From NCBI GenBank assembly GCA_026936335.1, contig JAPMXV010000040.1, positions 136,138 through 200,137 of the forward strand: a DNA stretch of 64,000 bases, written 5' to 3'. Source of the DNA: Mantamonas sphyraenae STR306 (taxonomy: Eukaryota > Protista > CRuMs). The notes beneath the pieces are model-generated. The model made no database searches. It was not told where the DNA came from and saw nothing but the letters and a program-made list of their open reading frames with translations. A program made the translations under genes and the position numbers. Below, piece after piece: positions 44,524-54,438 of the stretch; the first letter of the stretch is position 1, and each line of letters begins with the position of its first letter.

Positions 44524-44761
44524 CGACGACGAAGGGGTGGTTCGGTTTATGCCGAGCAGTGGATGGCTGGAGGGAGTGGAGAGCGGACGCAAGGCTGCGC
44601 CTCTGCACGTGGACGTGTTGTTCCATCCGCGCAAGGGACGTACGTACAGGCAGAGGTTCCGCGTGGTTGTGCAGCATGCCATGCTGAGCGACACGTGGAG
44701 CTATGTAGAAGTGTCGGGCACGGGAAGCCTTGAGGAGGAGCTTGCTGTTGTTGTTGTGTGA
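39408..44761 (+). CDS. DLEC1: DLEC1/CFAP81-like axonemal protein with tandem ASH/Ig-like domains
   Basis: FLAEPSHIEFVDFEPG...RNVSAVSQSLRVLPPST...GVVAPGL...ARRTPPQLTLP matches the DLEC1 block. Likely intron 40162-40289; the N-terminal exon is less certain. Confidence 0.85.
44493..44530. repeat. (GAT/GAC)n trinucleotide repeat encoding poly-Asp in DLEC1
   Basis: Direct observation. Confidence 0.9.
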
Positions 44762-44778
44762 GGGTTGAGGACGAGGAA

Positions 44779-45933
44779 TCAGGCGGTGGTGTTTTGCAGA
44801 AGTGTGGAGCCACCCTGGAGGTTGACGACAATGAAGAACAGTGAGAACATGAGGGAGCCAAGTTTGACGAGAAGGTCGGAGGTGATGTTCGTGCCGCCCA
44901 TGCGCAGAGCTGTGGAGCGTTCGCGCATGGCGGTGAGAACCATGTTGATGTCTGCTGCGGAAGCATCGTCGTCATGGACGTCCAGGTCGGCAAGTTGAGC
45001 AAGGCGTTGACGCATGCGCTCGCCGTGTGTGTGGAGTGAAGTGGCAAAGGCGATGACGGGCGCAATGCCACCGAGGTTCTGGAGGAGCCAGAACATCTCG
45101 CCAAAGGAAACAACGGAGGGACCGCCGAGTTGGAGGAGACGCCTGCTGAGAAGGATGATGACGGCCATGATCTGGACGCCCGAAGCGAGAGCGAGGTAGG
45201 TGTCGAGGGTGTCGTTGACCCAGGTGAGCTGGGAGACGAAGGCACGGTGGTCGGTGTTCAATTGGTGAAGGTCTTTGGATTGGATGTGTGTCCAATTGCG
45301 GACGCGTTGATGGAGGCGCTTGGCGCAGGCGTGGAGCGCAAACATGATCTGCCAGACGCCCACATACGGAAGGAGCCAGAAGAAGTTGTTTGGAGCAGCG
45401 ATGATTTGTTCAACGATGCGGAGGCCCATGAGGTTTGCGATGGGGTAGGCCATGGAGGGCTCCGAGGAGAGGTGGACGTCCATTGAGACGGCGGTGTTTG
45501 CCACGGAGAGAGCGAGGAGGCTGCAGAGGATCCAGGCAGTCCAGCGTTCGACATCCGCACGTCCTCGGCGTACCATGCGCAGGAGGACGAGAAGGTGCTC
45601 GACAAGGGCACGGACCCAGTGGGGGGGAAGGGAGTAAAAGAAGAGCTGGCTTGTGACGGTGGACGACGTGTTCCAGAGACAATTGATGAGCAGGAAGAAT
45701 TGTTCGTTGCGTGGGACGTCGCCGTGGAAAAGGGCGACCCACAGGCGAATGTTGTGGGCCCAGAGGAGGGCAAAGTAGGAGACGATCAGGACGCGAACAA
45801 GTGTGGGCTCTCTGCCAGAGCGCTGCTGGAGAAAGAGGGACATGGTGCGGTCGTAGCGCTTCTCCCAAGCGTTTGGTGGGTGGGGAGGGTCGTCATCTTT
45901 GTCGTCAGCAGGTGAGAGGAGGGCCTGCTGCAT
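44779..45933 (-). CDS. Seven-TM protein resembling the gustatory-receptor-like (7TM ion channel) superfamily
   Basis: About 7 hydrophobic helices and a long helical loop (LNTDHRAFVSQLTWVNDTL). C-terminal ALRMGGTNITSDLLVKLGSLMFSLFFIVVNLQ resembles the Gr TM7 signature. Confidence 0.6.
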   Translation of the reverse strand: MQQALLSPADDKDDDPPHPPNAWEKRYDRTMSLFLQQRSGREPTLVRVLIVSYFALLWAHNIRLWVALFHGDVPRNEQFFLLINCLWNTSSTVTSQLFFYSLPPHWVRALVEHLLVLLRMVRRGRADVERWTAWILCSLLALSVANTAVSMDVHLSSEPSMAYPIANLMGLRIVEQIIAAPNNFFWLLPYVGVWQIMFALHACAKRLHQRVRNWTHIQSKDLHQLNTDHRAFVSQLTWVNDTLDTYLALASGVQIMAVIILLSRRLLQLGGPSVVSFGEMFWLLQNLGGIAPVIAFATSLHTHGERMRQRLAQLADLDVHDDDASAADINMVLTAMRERSTALRMGGTNITSDLLVKLGSLMFSLFFIVVNLQGGSTLLQNTTA

Positions 45934-45990
45934 GGTGTGGGAGTGTTTTGTTTGCGAACGCGGCGGCAATCACATTGCTGGAAGGCCAGG

Positions 45991-48900
45991 ATGTCGGGCC
46001 ACAGGATGTCGCATGCACAACCATTCTCGATGCAACATCATTTTCACCGGATGGAACAGGAGAACAAGCTGCTGGAGTATCGCATCCTGGAGCTGCGGAG
46101 AAGTGGACAGGAGGCGGAGGAGACGAGCGGAGCGCAACGGAAAGAATTGCAGGGTGCAAGGACACGGATCAGGCAGCTTGAGGAGCAGGTGGCAAGTTTG
46201 CAGGGAAAGGTGGAGCAGCTGGACACTCGGGCGCGGTCTGGAGAGGAGGTGGAAACTCTGGTGCGGGAAAACACACTTCTGCAGGAGCTGCTATCGATAC
46301 CCGAGCAGCAGCTGGGGGAAGAGGAACTGGGGGGGCTGGTGGGCCAGTTGGTGGAGGAAGAGCAGAAGCGAGAGGAGGGGGGAAGCGCGGGGGTGGAGTG
46401 CGTGCGATGTGAGGAGCTGAGGTTACGTTGCCAACGGGTGGAGGCGGCGCTGGTGGCGAGCAACCAGTGGCGGGAACGGTACCGAACACAGGTGAAGGAA
46501 GAGTTGGAGCGACGAAAGCACGACGTGGGTCAGCTGGAGAGCCAGGTGAGGGCGAAAGAGGAACAGCTGGAGAGAGCGTTGGAGGAGCTTGACAACTTGC
46601 GCGAAGGGCCAGGGGAAGAACGGCGGCGGAGCCAGGAAAGTGAAGGGGAGGCAAGTGAGAGAGAGACGGAGGATGCAGGATTGTCCAACAGCAGCACAGA
46701 CGCAAGCAAGGCGCTGCGTACGCTGAATCGTCGGCTGCAGAGTGAACTGGCGCGGGAGAGGCTAGAAAACAAGCGGCTGGCGCGTCGTTTGAGCAAGGCC
46801 GGGCTGCCTGCGCGCAGGCACAGCGAAAACGGAAGAGAGAGCGAGGCAGAGACGGAAGGGACAGGAAAGAATGGTACAGGGGCACAGGTGGAGAGCAAGG
46901 ACGAGAGCACGGCGAGTGGAAAAGAGGCGGAGGAGGAAGAGGGGACAGGGAGCAAAACGGAGGTGGCCCTGCACCGGTCGGCATCATTGGACGTTGGGTC
47001 TCACGATGTATCCAAGGCGCAGGCGGCAAAAGTGGCGTACAGGAACAAGCGGATGGAGCAGACGCAGTCGCGGAAGTATGCAGCGGACCTGTGGTCGATG
47101 TTTGAAAGGGAAGGATTCATGGACGAGAAGCTGTTGGGTCTGGCGAGTGGATCTGCAAAAAGGTCGTCGACAGCAATTGAGGCAATTGCACGGAGCATGT
47201 CGTCTCGGGATTACAGCAGTGGGAGCAGCGGTGGGAGCAGCAGCAGCAGGAGCGGAGGCGGCCATTCGCTGCGAAAACTGGCGTCGGGAAACGCGATGAA
47301 GGAAGCATCGGGAAGCAAGAGCACAGGGCGTGTGCGACGCAACACGTTGACAAACAGACTGCGCACAGCAAGTGTGGCGTCGCATTCGGAAGACATCCGG
47401 CGGTTGAGCATCCGGACGTTTTCGGCAGCGATGGTGCGGCAGCAGATGGAACGGGATCAGTCACGGAGGCGTGGAGGAAGTGTGGACTCGGATGGATCGG
47501 GAGATGAGAGCGAAGATGAAGAGGAGGAGGAGGAAGGAGATGTGGAGGGCGGGAGCAAGGAAGGAGCGTCGGACAACAGGGCAAGCAGCGTGATTGTGCG
47601 CGTGAACCGGAAAACGGGTGTGCGACACGTGGTTGCTGGGTCGTTTAGACGACTTGTGAACGAGCTGGTGAACCCAAAGGTGTCGAATCCGGAGTTTCTG
47701 TTTGCGTTTCTCCTGTCGTTCCGGCAGTTTTGCACGAGCATGGAGTTGCTGGTGGCGCTGCGTGAGCAGTTTGTGGGGCTGGAGGAGGAGGACGAGTATG
47801 AGAGCGACGAGGGGACACGAAACAACAGCAAGGGTGCGCAGATGGCCTTTGAGGCAAAGGTGGTGATGCCGCGGAGGCTGCGCGTGGTAAATGTGCTGAA
47901 AACATGGATCCAAGACCACTTTCAGGACTTTTACGACGATGAGGAGCTGATGCAGGCGTTTTACGACTTTACGGACACGACGATGTTCAAGCTGGGGATG
48001 GAAAAGCCGGCGGAGCTGCTGCAGCGAGTGATGCAACGGAGCATGGCGGAAGCGGCGATGCGTCAGGAAGAGGATCAGGCGTACTCGTGGGCAGGGAACA
48101 TTCTGGACGTGTCAAGATCGCTGTCGGGAGGGAGCGCGGGACAGGCGGCGAGTGTGGCGCAGAGACAGCACAGCAAATCTGTGTCTGGGACGCTGGACAT
48201 CTCGTCGTCGATGGTTGTGACGAAACCAAGGAGCGGAACAAACATGCGGACGACACTGCGTGTGTTGACGGGCAAAGACCGTCCGCTGCCACACCTTACG
48301 TTTCGAAGACGGAAGGCGCCGAGCCACGTGCTGGAGATCCACGCGGAGGAGCTTGCGAGGCAACTGACGCTGATTGAACACATGATGTTTGTGCGCATCC
48401 GTACGACCGAGTTTGTGAACACCAACTGGACGAGCGAGCAAGCGTCGTCTGAGGCGCCGCACATCATGGCGATGATCAAGCAGTTTAACATAGTGACGCA
48501 GTGGGTGGCAACGACCGTGGTGTTGGAGGAGTCACTGAAGCGGCGGACGTCTGTGCTGGGCCACTTTATCAAGGTGGCCGGGTACGCGTACAGGATGCGG
48601 AATTTCAACACGACGATGGAGATCATTGCCGGGCTGCTTATTTCGCCTGTGTGGCGGCTGGAAAAGACGTGGGAGAACCTGGGCGACGATCTGCAGCGAG
48701 AGTTTGACCAGCTGAGTGCGCTTACGTCGCCGATGAAGGATCACAAGCTGCTGCGGGATGAGATGAATGTGGCGGTGACGCCGTGCATTCTGTTTATCGG
48801 CTTGCTTCTGGGAGACATTATGAATGTGGATGGGATGGATGCGACGACGAGCGAGGGGCTGATCCACTTTGACCGATACTTCCGGAGTGCGATGCTGGTT

Positions 48901-49047
48901 CGGGATCTGAAGCAGAGCCAGTACGGGGAGTACGATTTGGAGCCCGTACCGGAGATTCTGGAGTGGTTGCGGAACGTGGTGGTGGTGAATGATGCCGAAC
49001 TGAGCAGCGCGAGCGAGCAGCGTGTGATGGAGGAGGGATTTGGGTGA
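45991..49047 (+). CDS. RasGEF (N-terminal coiled coil, REM, CDC25 domain)
   Basis: AGSFRRLVNELV..FLFAFLLSFRQF, RVVNVLKTWI, ELARQLTLIE, NFNTTMEIIAGL..PVWRLEKTW; start codon uncertain (45991 or 46051). Confidence 0.93.
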   Translation: MSGHRMSHAQPFSMQHHFHRMEQENKLLEYRILELRRSGQEAEETSGAQRKELQGARTRIRQLEEQVASLQGKVEQLDTRARSGEEVETLVRENTLLQELLSIPEQQLGEEELGGLVGQLVEEEQKREEGGSAGVECVRCEELRLRCQRVEAALVASNQWRERYRTQVKEELERRKHDVGQLESQVRAKEEQLERALEELDNLREGPGEERRRSQESEGEASERETEDAGLSNSSTDASKALRTLNRRLQSELARERLENKRLARRLSKAGLPARRHSENGRESEAETEGTGKNGTGAQVESKDESTASGKEAEEEEGTGSKTEVALHRSASLDVGSHDVSKAQAAKVAYRNKRMEQTQSRKYAADLWSMFEREGFMDEKLLGLASGSAKRSSTAIEAIARSMSSRDYSSGSSGGSSSSRSGGGHSLRKLASGNAMKEASGSKSTGRVRRNTLTNRLRTASVASHSEDIRRLSIRTFSAAMVRQQMERDQSRRRGGSVDSDGSGDESEDEEEEEEGDVEGGSKEGASDNRASSVIVRVNRKTGVRHVVAGSFRRLVNELVNPKVSNPEFLFAFLLSFRQFCTSMELLVALREQFVGLEEEDEYESDEGTRNNSKGAQMAFEAKVVMPRRLRVVNVLKTWIQDHFQDFYDDEELMQAFYDFTDTTMFKLGMEKPAELLQRVMQRSMAEAAMRQEEDQAYSWAGNILDVSRSLSGGSAGQAASVAQRQHSKSVSGTLDISSSMVVTKPRSGTNMRTTLRVLTGKDRPLPHLTFRRRKAPSHVLEIHAEELARQLTLIEHMMFVRIRTTEFVNTNWTSEQASSEAPHIMAMIKQFNIVTQWVATTVVLEESLKRRTSVLGHFIKVAGYAYRMRNFNTTMEIIAGLLISPVWRLEKTWENLGDDLQREFDQLSALTSPMKDHKLLRDEMNVAVTPCILFIGLLLGDIMNVDGMDATTSEGLIHFDRYFRSAMLVRDLKQSQYGEYDLEPVPEILEWLRNVVVVNDAELSSASEQRVMEEGFG

Positions 49048-49056
49048 GGGTGTGGT

Positions 49057-50277
49057 TCATTGCGCACCATCCATGCGGACAGCAAGGGAGACGGGGGACG
49101 AGGAGGCACCCAGCGAATAGATAGAGATGTGGTTGTCGCCAGAGATGGAGTAGGTGTGTGCAGTTTGGTCCCAGGCAGCTGGGGCGTCGTCGAAGCCCCA
49201 GAAGGAGAGGATGGCGGCACATTGTGTTTGTTGGACGAGGGAGTCGAGCATGTCGAGCCATTGAAGGGTGTGATCGCGTGTAAGGAAGCCTGTGAGTGAA
49301 ACGAGGATGCCGTTGGAGGTGGTGGTGATGGTTGTGGTGGAAGATGAGAGAGCGGGTTGGACAAAGGCTCGGTGCTCGTCAGAGAGGTCGAGGGCACGGG
49401 AGGACGGGAGCGGGGTGGTGGACGACTCATGGAGAGGCTCGGGTTCAAAGTCGAGGAGGCGGCAATGGAGGCTGCCTGTCCATTGGAGGAGTTCAGTGAG
49501 GGGTGTTTGATCTTGGACGCCGAGGGTGGAGGAGTGCTTGGCCTGGACATGGGAGAGCAGTTCAGCAGCCCATTCAGCGTCGGTGAGATCCGGGGTGGGC
49601 TGGAGGGAGGCAAGAAAGGCAGCGTGGACGTCGTTGGCACAGAGGGTTGCCGAGTCGGCAAAGGAGGACGGGAGGTCGACAGGGGAGAGGTTGCCGTCTG
49701 TGTCGAGCCAGGCAAGAAGGACAGAGAGGTTGGGCTGGACAAAGCGGTCTGTGAGACACCAGTGGACACGGTCGTAGGTGGGCTTGCCGGGCTGGAAGGC
49801 GTCTGCACGCAGGTCGACGGCGACGTGGTAGCGCTCCGGGGTATCGTGCTTGCGCAGAAGGTCGCTGTTGCAGAGCTCGCCAGAGAGGCCGAGGAGTTCA
49901 TAGGAGTCTTTGTCGAGGCTGAGGACGAGGACGCCGTCGGGAGTGATGCAGAGGCTGTTGCAGGAATCGAGGGGCGCGGGATGGAGAAGGAGCGAGAGAG
50001 AGCCTGTGTGGATGTAGGTGCGGACAAAGTCGATGTGGAGAAGGTCTACGATGGGACCGGTGGCATATTGATAGTGGCGGTGAGCATCAAGGGCATCCCA
50101 GTCGGCGAGGAGAGAGCGGGCAGTGTCGAGGTCGCCGCCTGTAAGGAAGAGCTCTGCGCGATGGGTGAATGTGTGGGAGGCGACGAGATCACGAGGCTTG
50201 GCAAAGGATTCGTGGTCGTCGGAGCCCCAGAGGTGGATGTGGGCCTTTGGAGAGGAGCCTTGTTGGAGCCACGCCAT
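49057..50277 (-). CDS. RPP40: Ribonuclease P/MRP subunit RPP40
   Basis: GVLVLSLDKDSYELLGLSG, FQPGKPTYDRVHWCL, LSFWGFDDAPAAW. Confidence 0.85.
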   Translation of the reverse strand: MAWLQQGSSPKAHIHLWGSDDHESFAKPRDLVASHTFTHRAELFLTGGDLDTARSLLADWDALDAHRHYQYATGPIVDLLHIDFVRTYIHTGSLSLLLHPAPLDSCNSLCITPDGVLVLSLDKDSYELLGLSGELCNSDLLRKHDTPERYHVAVDLRADAFQPGKPTYDRVHWCLTDRFVQPNLSVLLAWLDTDGNLSPVDLPSSFADSATLCANDVHAAFLASLQPTPDLTDAEWAAELLSHVQAKHSSTLGVQDQTPLTELLQWTGSLHCRLLDFEPEPLHESSTTPLPSSRALDLSDEHRAFVQPALSSSTTTITTTSNGILVSLTGFLTRDHTLQWLDMLDSLVQQTQCAAILSFWGFDDAPAAWDQTAHTYSISGDNHISIYSLGASSSPVSLAVRMDGAQ

Positions 50278-50309
50278 GGTTGCGGTGGCGGGACCAGTGC
50301 GTTGCGAAC

Positions 50310-50657
50310 ATGAGCGAGGAGGAATGGAGCGTGCAGTATGCGCCGTACTTTAACTTTATGGGCCCGCTGCTGGAGCTGCTGGAGCAGGTGAAGGACGGGG
50401 AGGGGAAGGATGCGCTCAAGGTTGGACGTGCGACACAAGAGCTGAACGAGGCGATTGAGCGGGCGATTGAGATGGTGCAGGCGATGCCTGGGATTGAAAT
50501 GAGTGTGGAAGAGCAGAAGGAGGCGTACGCGGCTTTGGAGAAGCGGATTGCGGACAAGGAGGCGTTGGTGGCGGGAGTCCAGGCAAAGTTGGAGGCGTTT
50601 GCAGAGGGTGAGGAGAGGACGGCGGGTGTGAAGAGGGAGGAGGAGGGGAAAGAGTGA
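50310..50657 (+). CDS. MED9: Mediator subunit 9-like
   Basis: Short helical protein with FMGPLLELL and MVQAMPGIEMSVEEQ (Med9 MPGIxxSxExQ motif). Confidence 0.65.
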   Translation: MSEEEWSVQYAPYFNFMGPLLELLEQVKDGEGKDALKVGRATQELNEAIERAIEMVQAMPGIEMSVEEQKEAYAALEKRIADKEALVAGVQAKLEAFAEGEERTAGVKREEEGKE

Positions 50658-50673
50658 GGGGAAAGAGTGAGGA

Positions 50674-52127
50674 ATGGATGAGTTGTACAATTTTGAACGG
50701 TGTTTGTGCTGCGAGACCGTGGCCAAGAGGAGAGGGAGAGAGCGCGGGATGAGCTCGTCGTTTGGAGTCCGTAGGTTGGGGCTGAGTTGTCGGGAGGGAG
50801 GGACGGGGAAGGGCGGTGGGCAGGACGCTGACGTGAGGGAGGGTAGGGTCGGGGATTCAAGCCATGATTCGGGAGCAGGTGGACACGGAGGTGATTCGTG
50901 CACACTTGGTGGCACGAAAGTGCATTGCTCTGCAGTGTTACTTCTTGGCACGGATGGTGAACGAGTTTCCGTTGGATGAAAATGGGTTGGAGGAATGCGG
51001 TGAGGTGCTGGAGCTGTTTGGAGCGCACGGGGCGCGGAAAGAGAACGAAATTGTACGTTGGGGGATTGTGGAAGGGGTTGGGGAGGGAGGAAGTTGGTGG
51101 GAGGGCGTGTGGGAAGAGGACTGACAGGGTGAATGGACAGCAAATCTTGATGCGGTCGACGTCGACCATGTCTGTGAGCTCGATGAGCAGCGTGGCGTCG
51201 TGGAAGCTGCAACGGTTCCAGTCGCAGCTGCAGGCTGGAGGGACAGGGCAGGGCCAGGGAGGGTTAACACGGCAAGGATCGCCCGGAAGCACGTCAAAGC
51301 GTGTGCGGCGTGATTCGATGAGCAGTTTCGGCAGCAGTGTGCGGCGTGGCTCGCTGGGGCGGACGAGCAGCTTCGCGGTGGGCGGCAAACAAGGTACACA
51401 AGTGGTGTATCACCGGAGCAAGGACGATTGGCAGGGACTGTGTGCGCCACATGCTGTGGGGATCATCGGGTGTGGGAGTGTGGGCAAGGTGATTGTGGGT
51501 GCGCTTCTGGACTCGGGCCAGTTTGCACCGGAAGACATTGTTGTGTCGTGTCGGTCGACGCGGACTCTGAAACGTGTACAAAACAAGGGAGTGAAGTGTG
51601 TGACACAGAATGCGGAAGTGAGTGCAAGCGCAAACATGCTGATTCTGGCGGTGCCGCCATCGCAGCTGCAGCAAGTGGCCGAGAGCGTGCGCGGGACGAT
51701 CCCAGCGGCGACGACAGTGGTGTCTGTGATGGCCGGGGTTAGCGCACACAAGGTGTGCAACCTGTTGGATGTGCCTGCGTGCATATGTACAGAGGTGGAT
51801 GCGGATTTGATTGAGGAGCGGAAGGAGGAGCTGTACCATGTGTTTGAGGACGATTACCTGTTTCAGGACGTGGACATGATCGAACTAGCAGGGTGCATGG
51901 TAAAGAATGTGGAGGAGAAGCTGGAAGCGGTGAGGACGCAGCTAAGCAAGCTGGAGCTGAAACGGAGCGAGGAAGACGTGGGCCATCTGGCAGTATGGTA
52001 TCTGGTACGGAGGGTGATGGTGCGGGAGGAAGAAGAGGATGAAGAGGGGCAGGGAGAAGGAAGAGAGTGGAGCGAGAAGCTGGAAGAGGCGTTTACAGCG
52101 CGATGGCAGGCGTTGTTTGGTGTGTGA
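50674..52127 (+). CDS. NADP-dependent oxidoreductase domain protein (NOXRED1/P5CR-like); exons 50674-50770, 50847-51052, 51141-52127
   Basis: Rossmann motif VGIIGCGSVG, LILAVPPSQL, VVSVMAGVS; lacks the P5CR dimerisation domain. Two GT-AG introns with CTGAC branch sites keep the frame. Confidence 0.7.
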
Positions 52128-54365
52128 TCAGGCATAGGGGAACCAGGAGGAGGGGCAAGGGACAGTGGTGGCCTTTTCGGGCTGGGCCAGGACGTCGAGC
52201 ATGGTGACGGCGTGGTCTTTGTAGGCAGAGGTACGGTAGTAGGCGGCCTGTGCACGCTCACTGATAAAGACAATGTAGATGTAAAACACGTGGGAGTGCT
52301 CTGCGTCTGGCTTGAGAAAGGTGTGAAGGACCTGGCGAGTGCCACGGATGGCAGTGAAGTGCTCTGCGACGGCGGTCTTGAACTCGTCGACAAAGCCGTC
52401 GGCGACGAGGCAGGTGCGTGTGAGCAGTTGGACAGTACCGTACTCGTCGATATCTGCAGAGGAACCGTCGAGGTCGAGGGAAAAGGTGCCAAAGAGGGCG
52501 CGGTCGAGGGTGTCGAGGGTGCGCTTGAGCTGTCCGACGTAGCGATCGACGGCGTCGGTGCGGACGGCAAGGGTGGAACTCTTTGCGCTGCGGCGAGAGT
52601 TTTGCTCCATCCTGGACATGACGGCCTCGTTGGACTCTTGGGGAGGCCTGTTTTCGGCGCTCGTGGTCTCGAGGTGGTCGAGGGCGATTTCGAGGGGCTG
52701 GTAGATGTTCTTGAGCTGTTTGATGGCCTCGCGGAAGTAGTAGCGTGTGCGGAACTGAGAAAACATGTCCTCGTCGTCGTAGGACTTTGCGGTGGAGTGG
52801 AGGACGCCCAGGAGAGACTTGTGCATGAGCTCAAGGGAGAGGTAAACGTCGACGTAGGGCGGGAGGCCTTGGAGGAAGAAGGTTTGGAGTTCCTCGCTGT
52901 CGATGGTGCGCCCTCCGTCTTTGTCGATGGTGTCGAACAGGTTGTCGAGGTCGTACTTGGTCATGACGTTGTCGCGGAAGTAGTCTGAAAACTCGTCACG
53001 CTCGAGGGTACCGTCGTCGTTTTTGTCTGCCTTGCGAAAGACATCCTGGAAGAGAGCAAAGCCCTCAAGCTTGGCGTCGTTCTCGACGGCAGACTCGCCC
53101 TCGTTCTTTGCGGTGTCGATGGCCTTTTTGGCGACGGAGACGAGGTCGAGCTCGCTTTCCTGGCGCTTGGCAAAGAGGTTCTTGAACTTGAGGGTGGCGA
53201 TGACGCCGTAGGAGGCCTTGCGGAACTTGCGCTTGGCGTTGAAGGTCTTGAGGTTGGAGAGGGTGCCCGGGAGGTTGATGTCCGGGGCGTCTGCGTGGGC
53301 GACAATCCAGGGGTGCTCCATGGCCTGTTCGGCGGTGAGGCGCTTCTCGGTGTCGACGACAAGGAGGGAGCTGACGAAATCCTTGGCGGACTTGCTGACG
53401 TCGTCCCAGTAGGGCTCGAGGAACTCGTAGTCGGCGGCGAGGATGGACTGGAAAAGCAGGGCTTGGTTTGTTTCGTAGAAGGGTGGGAAACCGCAGAGGA
53501 GGATGTATGCGATGACGCCGAGGCTCCACATGTCAACAGTGCCCGCGTAGCCTTTCTGTGGGGCGGGGAGGAGGGAGGAGGCAGGAGAGGGAAGGGGTGA
53601 GCAGCTGGGAGAAGGCTTGGTGGCAGGAAGGGCGGGAATGGACGTACGCTTGACGCCTTGTGGGCTTTGAGGATCTCTGGAGCAAGGTACTGTGGGGTGC
53701 CGAGGATGGTCTTTGTGAAGGAGCCCCTGGGGAAGTGGAGGGAGGCCGGGGGAGGGGTGGGCAGGAGGTGTGAGATTTGTGAGGGAGGGAAAAAGGGGAA
53801 CGGGTTTCATGGGGTGGGAGGGCGGTGACGGGGTCGACGATGAGGGGAAAGGACGGGAAGAGGGGCAAGGGACGCACTCATCGAGCATGGTGGCAAAGCC
53901 AAAGTCGGCAATCTTGATCTCGGCGTCCTCCTGGTCGTTTGCGTAGAGGAGGTTTTCGGGCTTGAGATCGCGATGGATGATTCCCTGGCCGTGGAGCCAG
54001 GCAAGAGCACGTGCGATCTTGTAGACGACGGTGGCGGCGTCCTTTTCACTGTAGAAGCCCTTGTCGACGATGCGGTCAAAGAGCTCGCCGCCAGCCATGC
54101 ACTCCATGACGATGTAGTAGTAGTCGGCACTCTCGGAAAACTCGATGAGCTGGACGACGTTTGGGTGGTTGATGTCCTTGAGGAGGTTGACCTCGTTGAA
54201 GAGGTTGTCGCGGTCGTGTTGCATCTTGAGCATGTCCTTTTTGATGCACTTGATGGCAACCTCGTCGCCCGAGTCGCGGTCGACGCCGAGCTTGACGCTG
54301 GAGAAGGCGCCAGTGCCCAGTTCCTGGAGGATCTTGTACTTCTTTTTGAGTTCTTTGTGGCTCAT
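52128..54365 (-). CDS. CaMK-type Ser/Thr kinase fused to NECAB-like EF-hand and ABM module (2 introns)
   Basis: LGTGAFS, VAIK, HRDLKPEN, DFG; spliced exon ~53726-53648 supplies TKTILGTPQYLAPE; regulatory FNAKRKFRKA; EF-hands DKNDDGTLERDEF and DKDGGRTIDSEEL; ABM-like C-terminus ending PSSW. Confidence 0.88.
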   Translation of the reverse strand: MSHKELKKKYKILQELGTGAFSSVKLGVDRDSGDEVAIKCIKKDMLKMQHDRDNLFNEVNLLKDINHPNVVQLIEFSESADYYYIVMECMAGGELFDRIVDKGFYSEKDAATVVYKIARALAWLHGQGIIHRDLKPENLLYANDQEDAEIKIADFGFATMLDECVPCPSSRPFPSSSTPSPPSHPMKPVPLFPSLTNLTPPAHPSPGLPPLPQGLLHKDHPRHPTVPCSRDPQSPQGVKRTSIPALPATKPSPSCSPLPSPASSLLPAPQKGYAGTVDMWSLGVIAYILLCGFPPFYETNQALLFQSILAADYEFLEPYWDDVSKSAKDFVSSLLVVDTEKRLTAEQAMEHPWIVAHADAPDINLPGTLSNLKTFNAKRKFRKASYGVIATLKFKNLFAKRQESELDLVSVAKKAIDTAKNEGESAVENDAKLEGFALFQDVFRKADKNDDGTLERDEFSDYFRDNVMTKYDLDNLFDTIDKDGGRTIDSEELQTFFLQGLPPYVDVYLSLELMHKSLLGVLHSTAKSYDDEDMFSQFRTRYYFREAIKQLKNIYQPLEIALDHLETTSAENRPPQESNEAVMSRMEQNSRRSAKSSTLAVRTDAVDRYVGQLKRTLDTLDRALFGTFSLDLDGSSADIDEYGTVQLLTRTCLVADGFVDEFKTAVAEHFTAIRGTRQVLHTFLKPDAEHSHVFYIYIVFISERAQAAYYRTSAYKDHAVTMLDVLAQPEKATTVPCPSSWFPYA

Positions 54366-54438
54366 GGGACGAGATGGGGAGTGGGATTGGGTTGGGGCGC
54401 TGGGTGGGCCAAGAGAGGAAGTGGAAGGGTCGGAAGCG

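Noticed and set aside
53556-53877. Pro/Ser-rich insert in the kinase domain of ORF 52128..54476
   Set aside because: Read-through of two C-rich introns; the true activation-segment exon lies in another frame.
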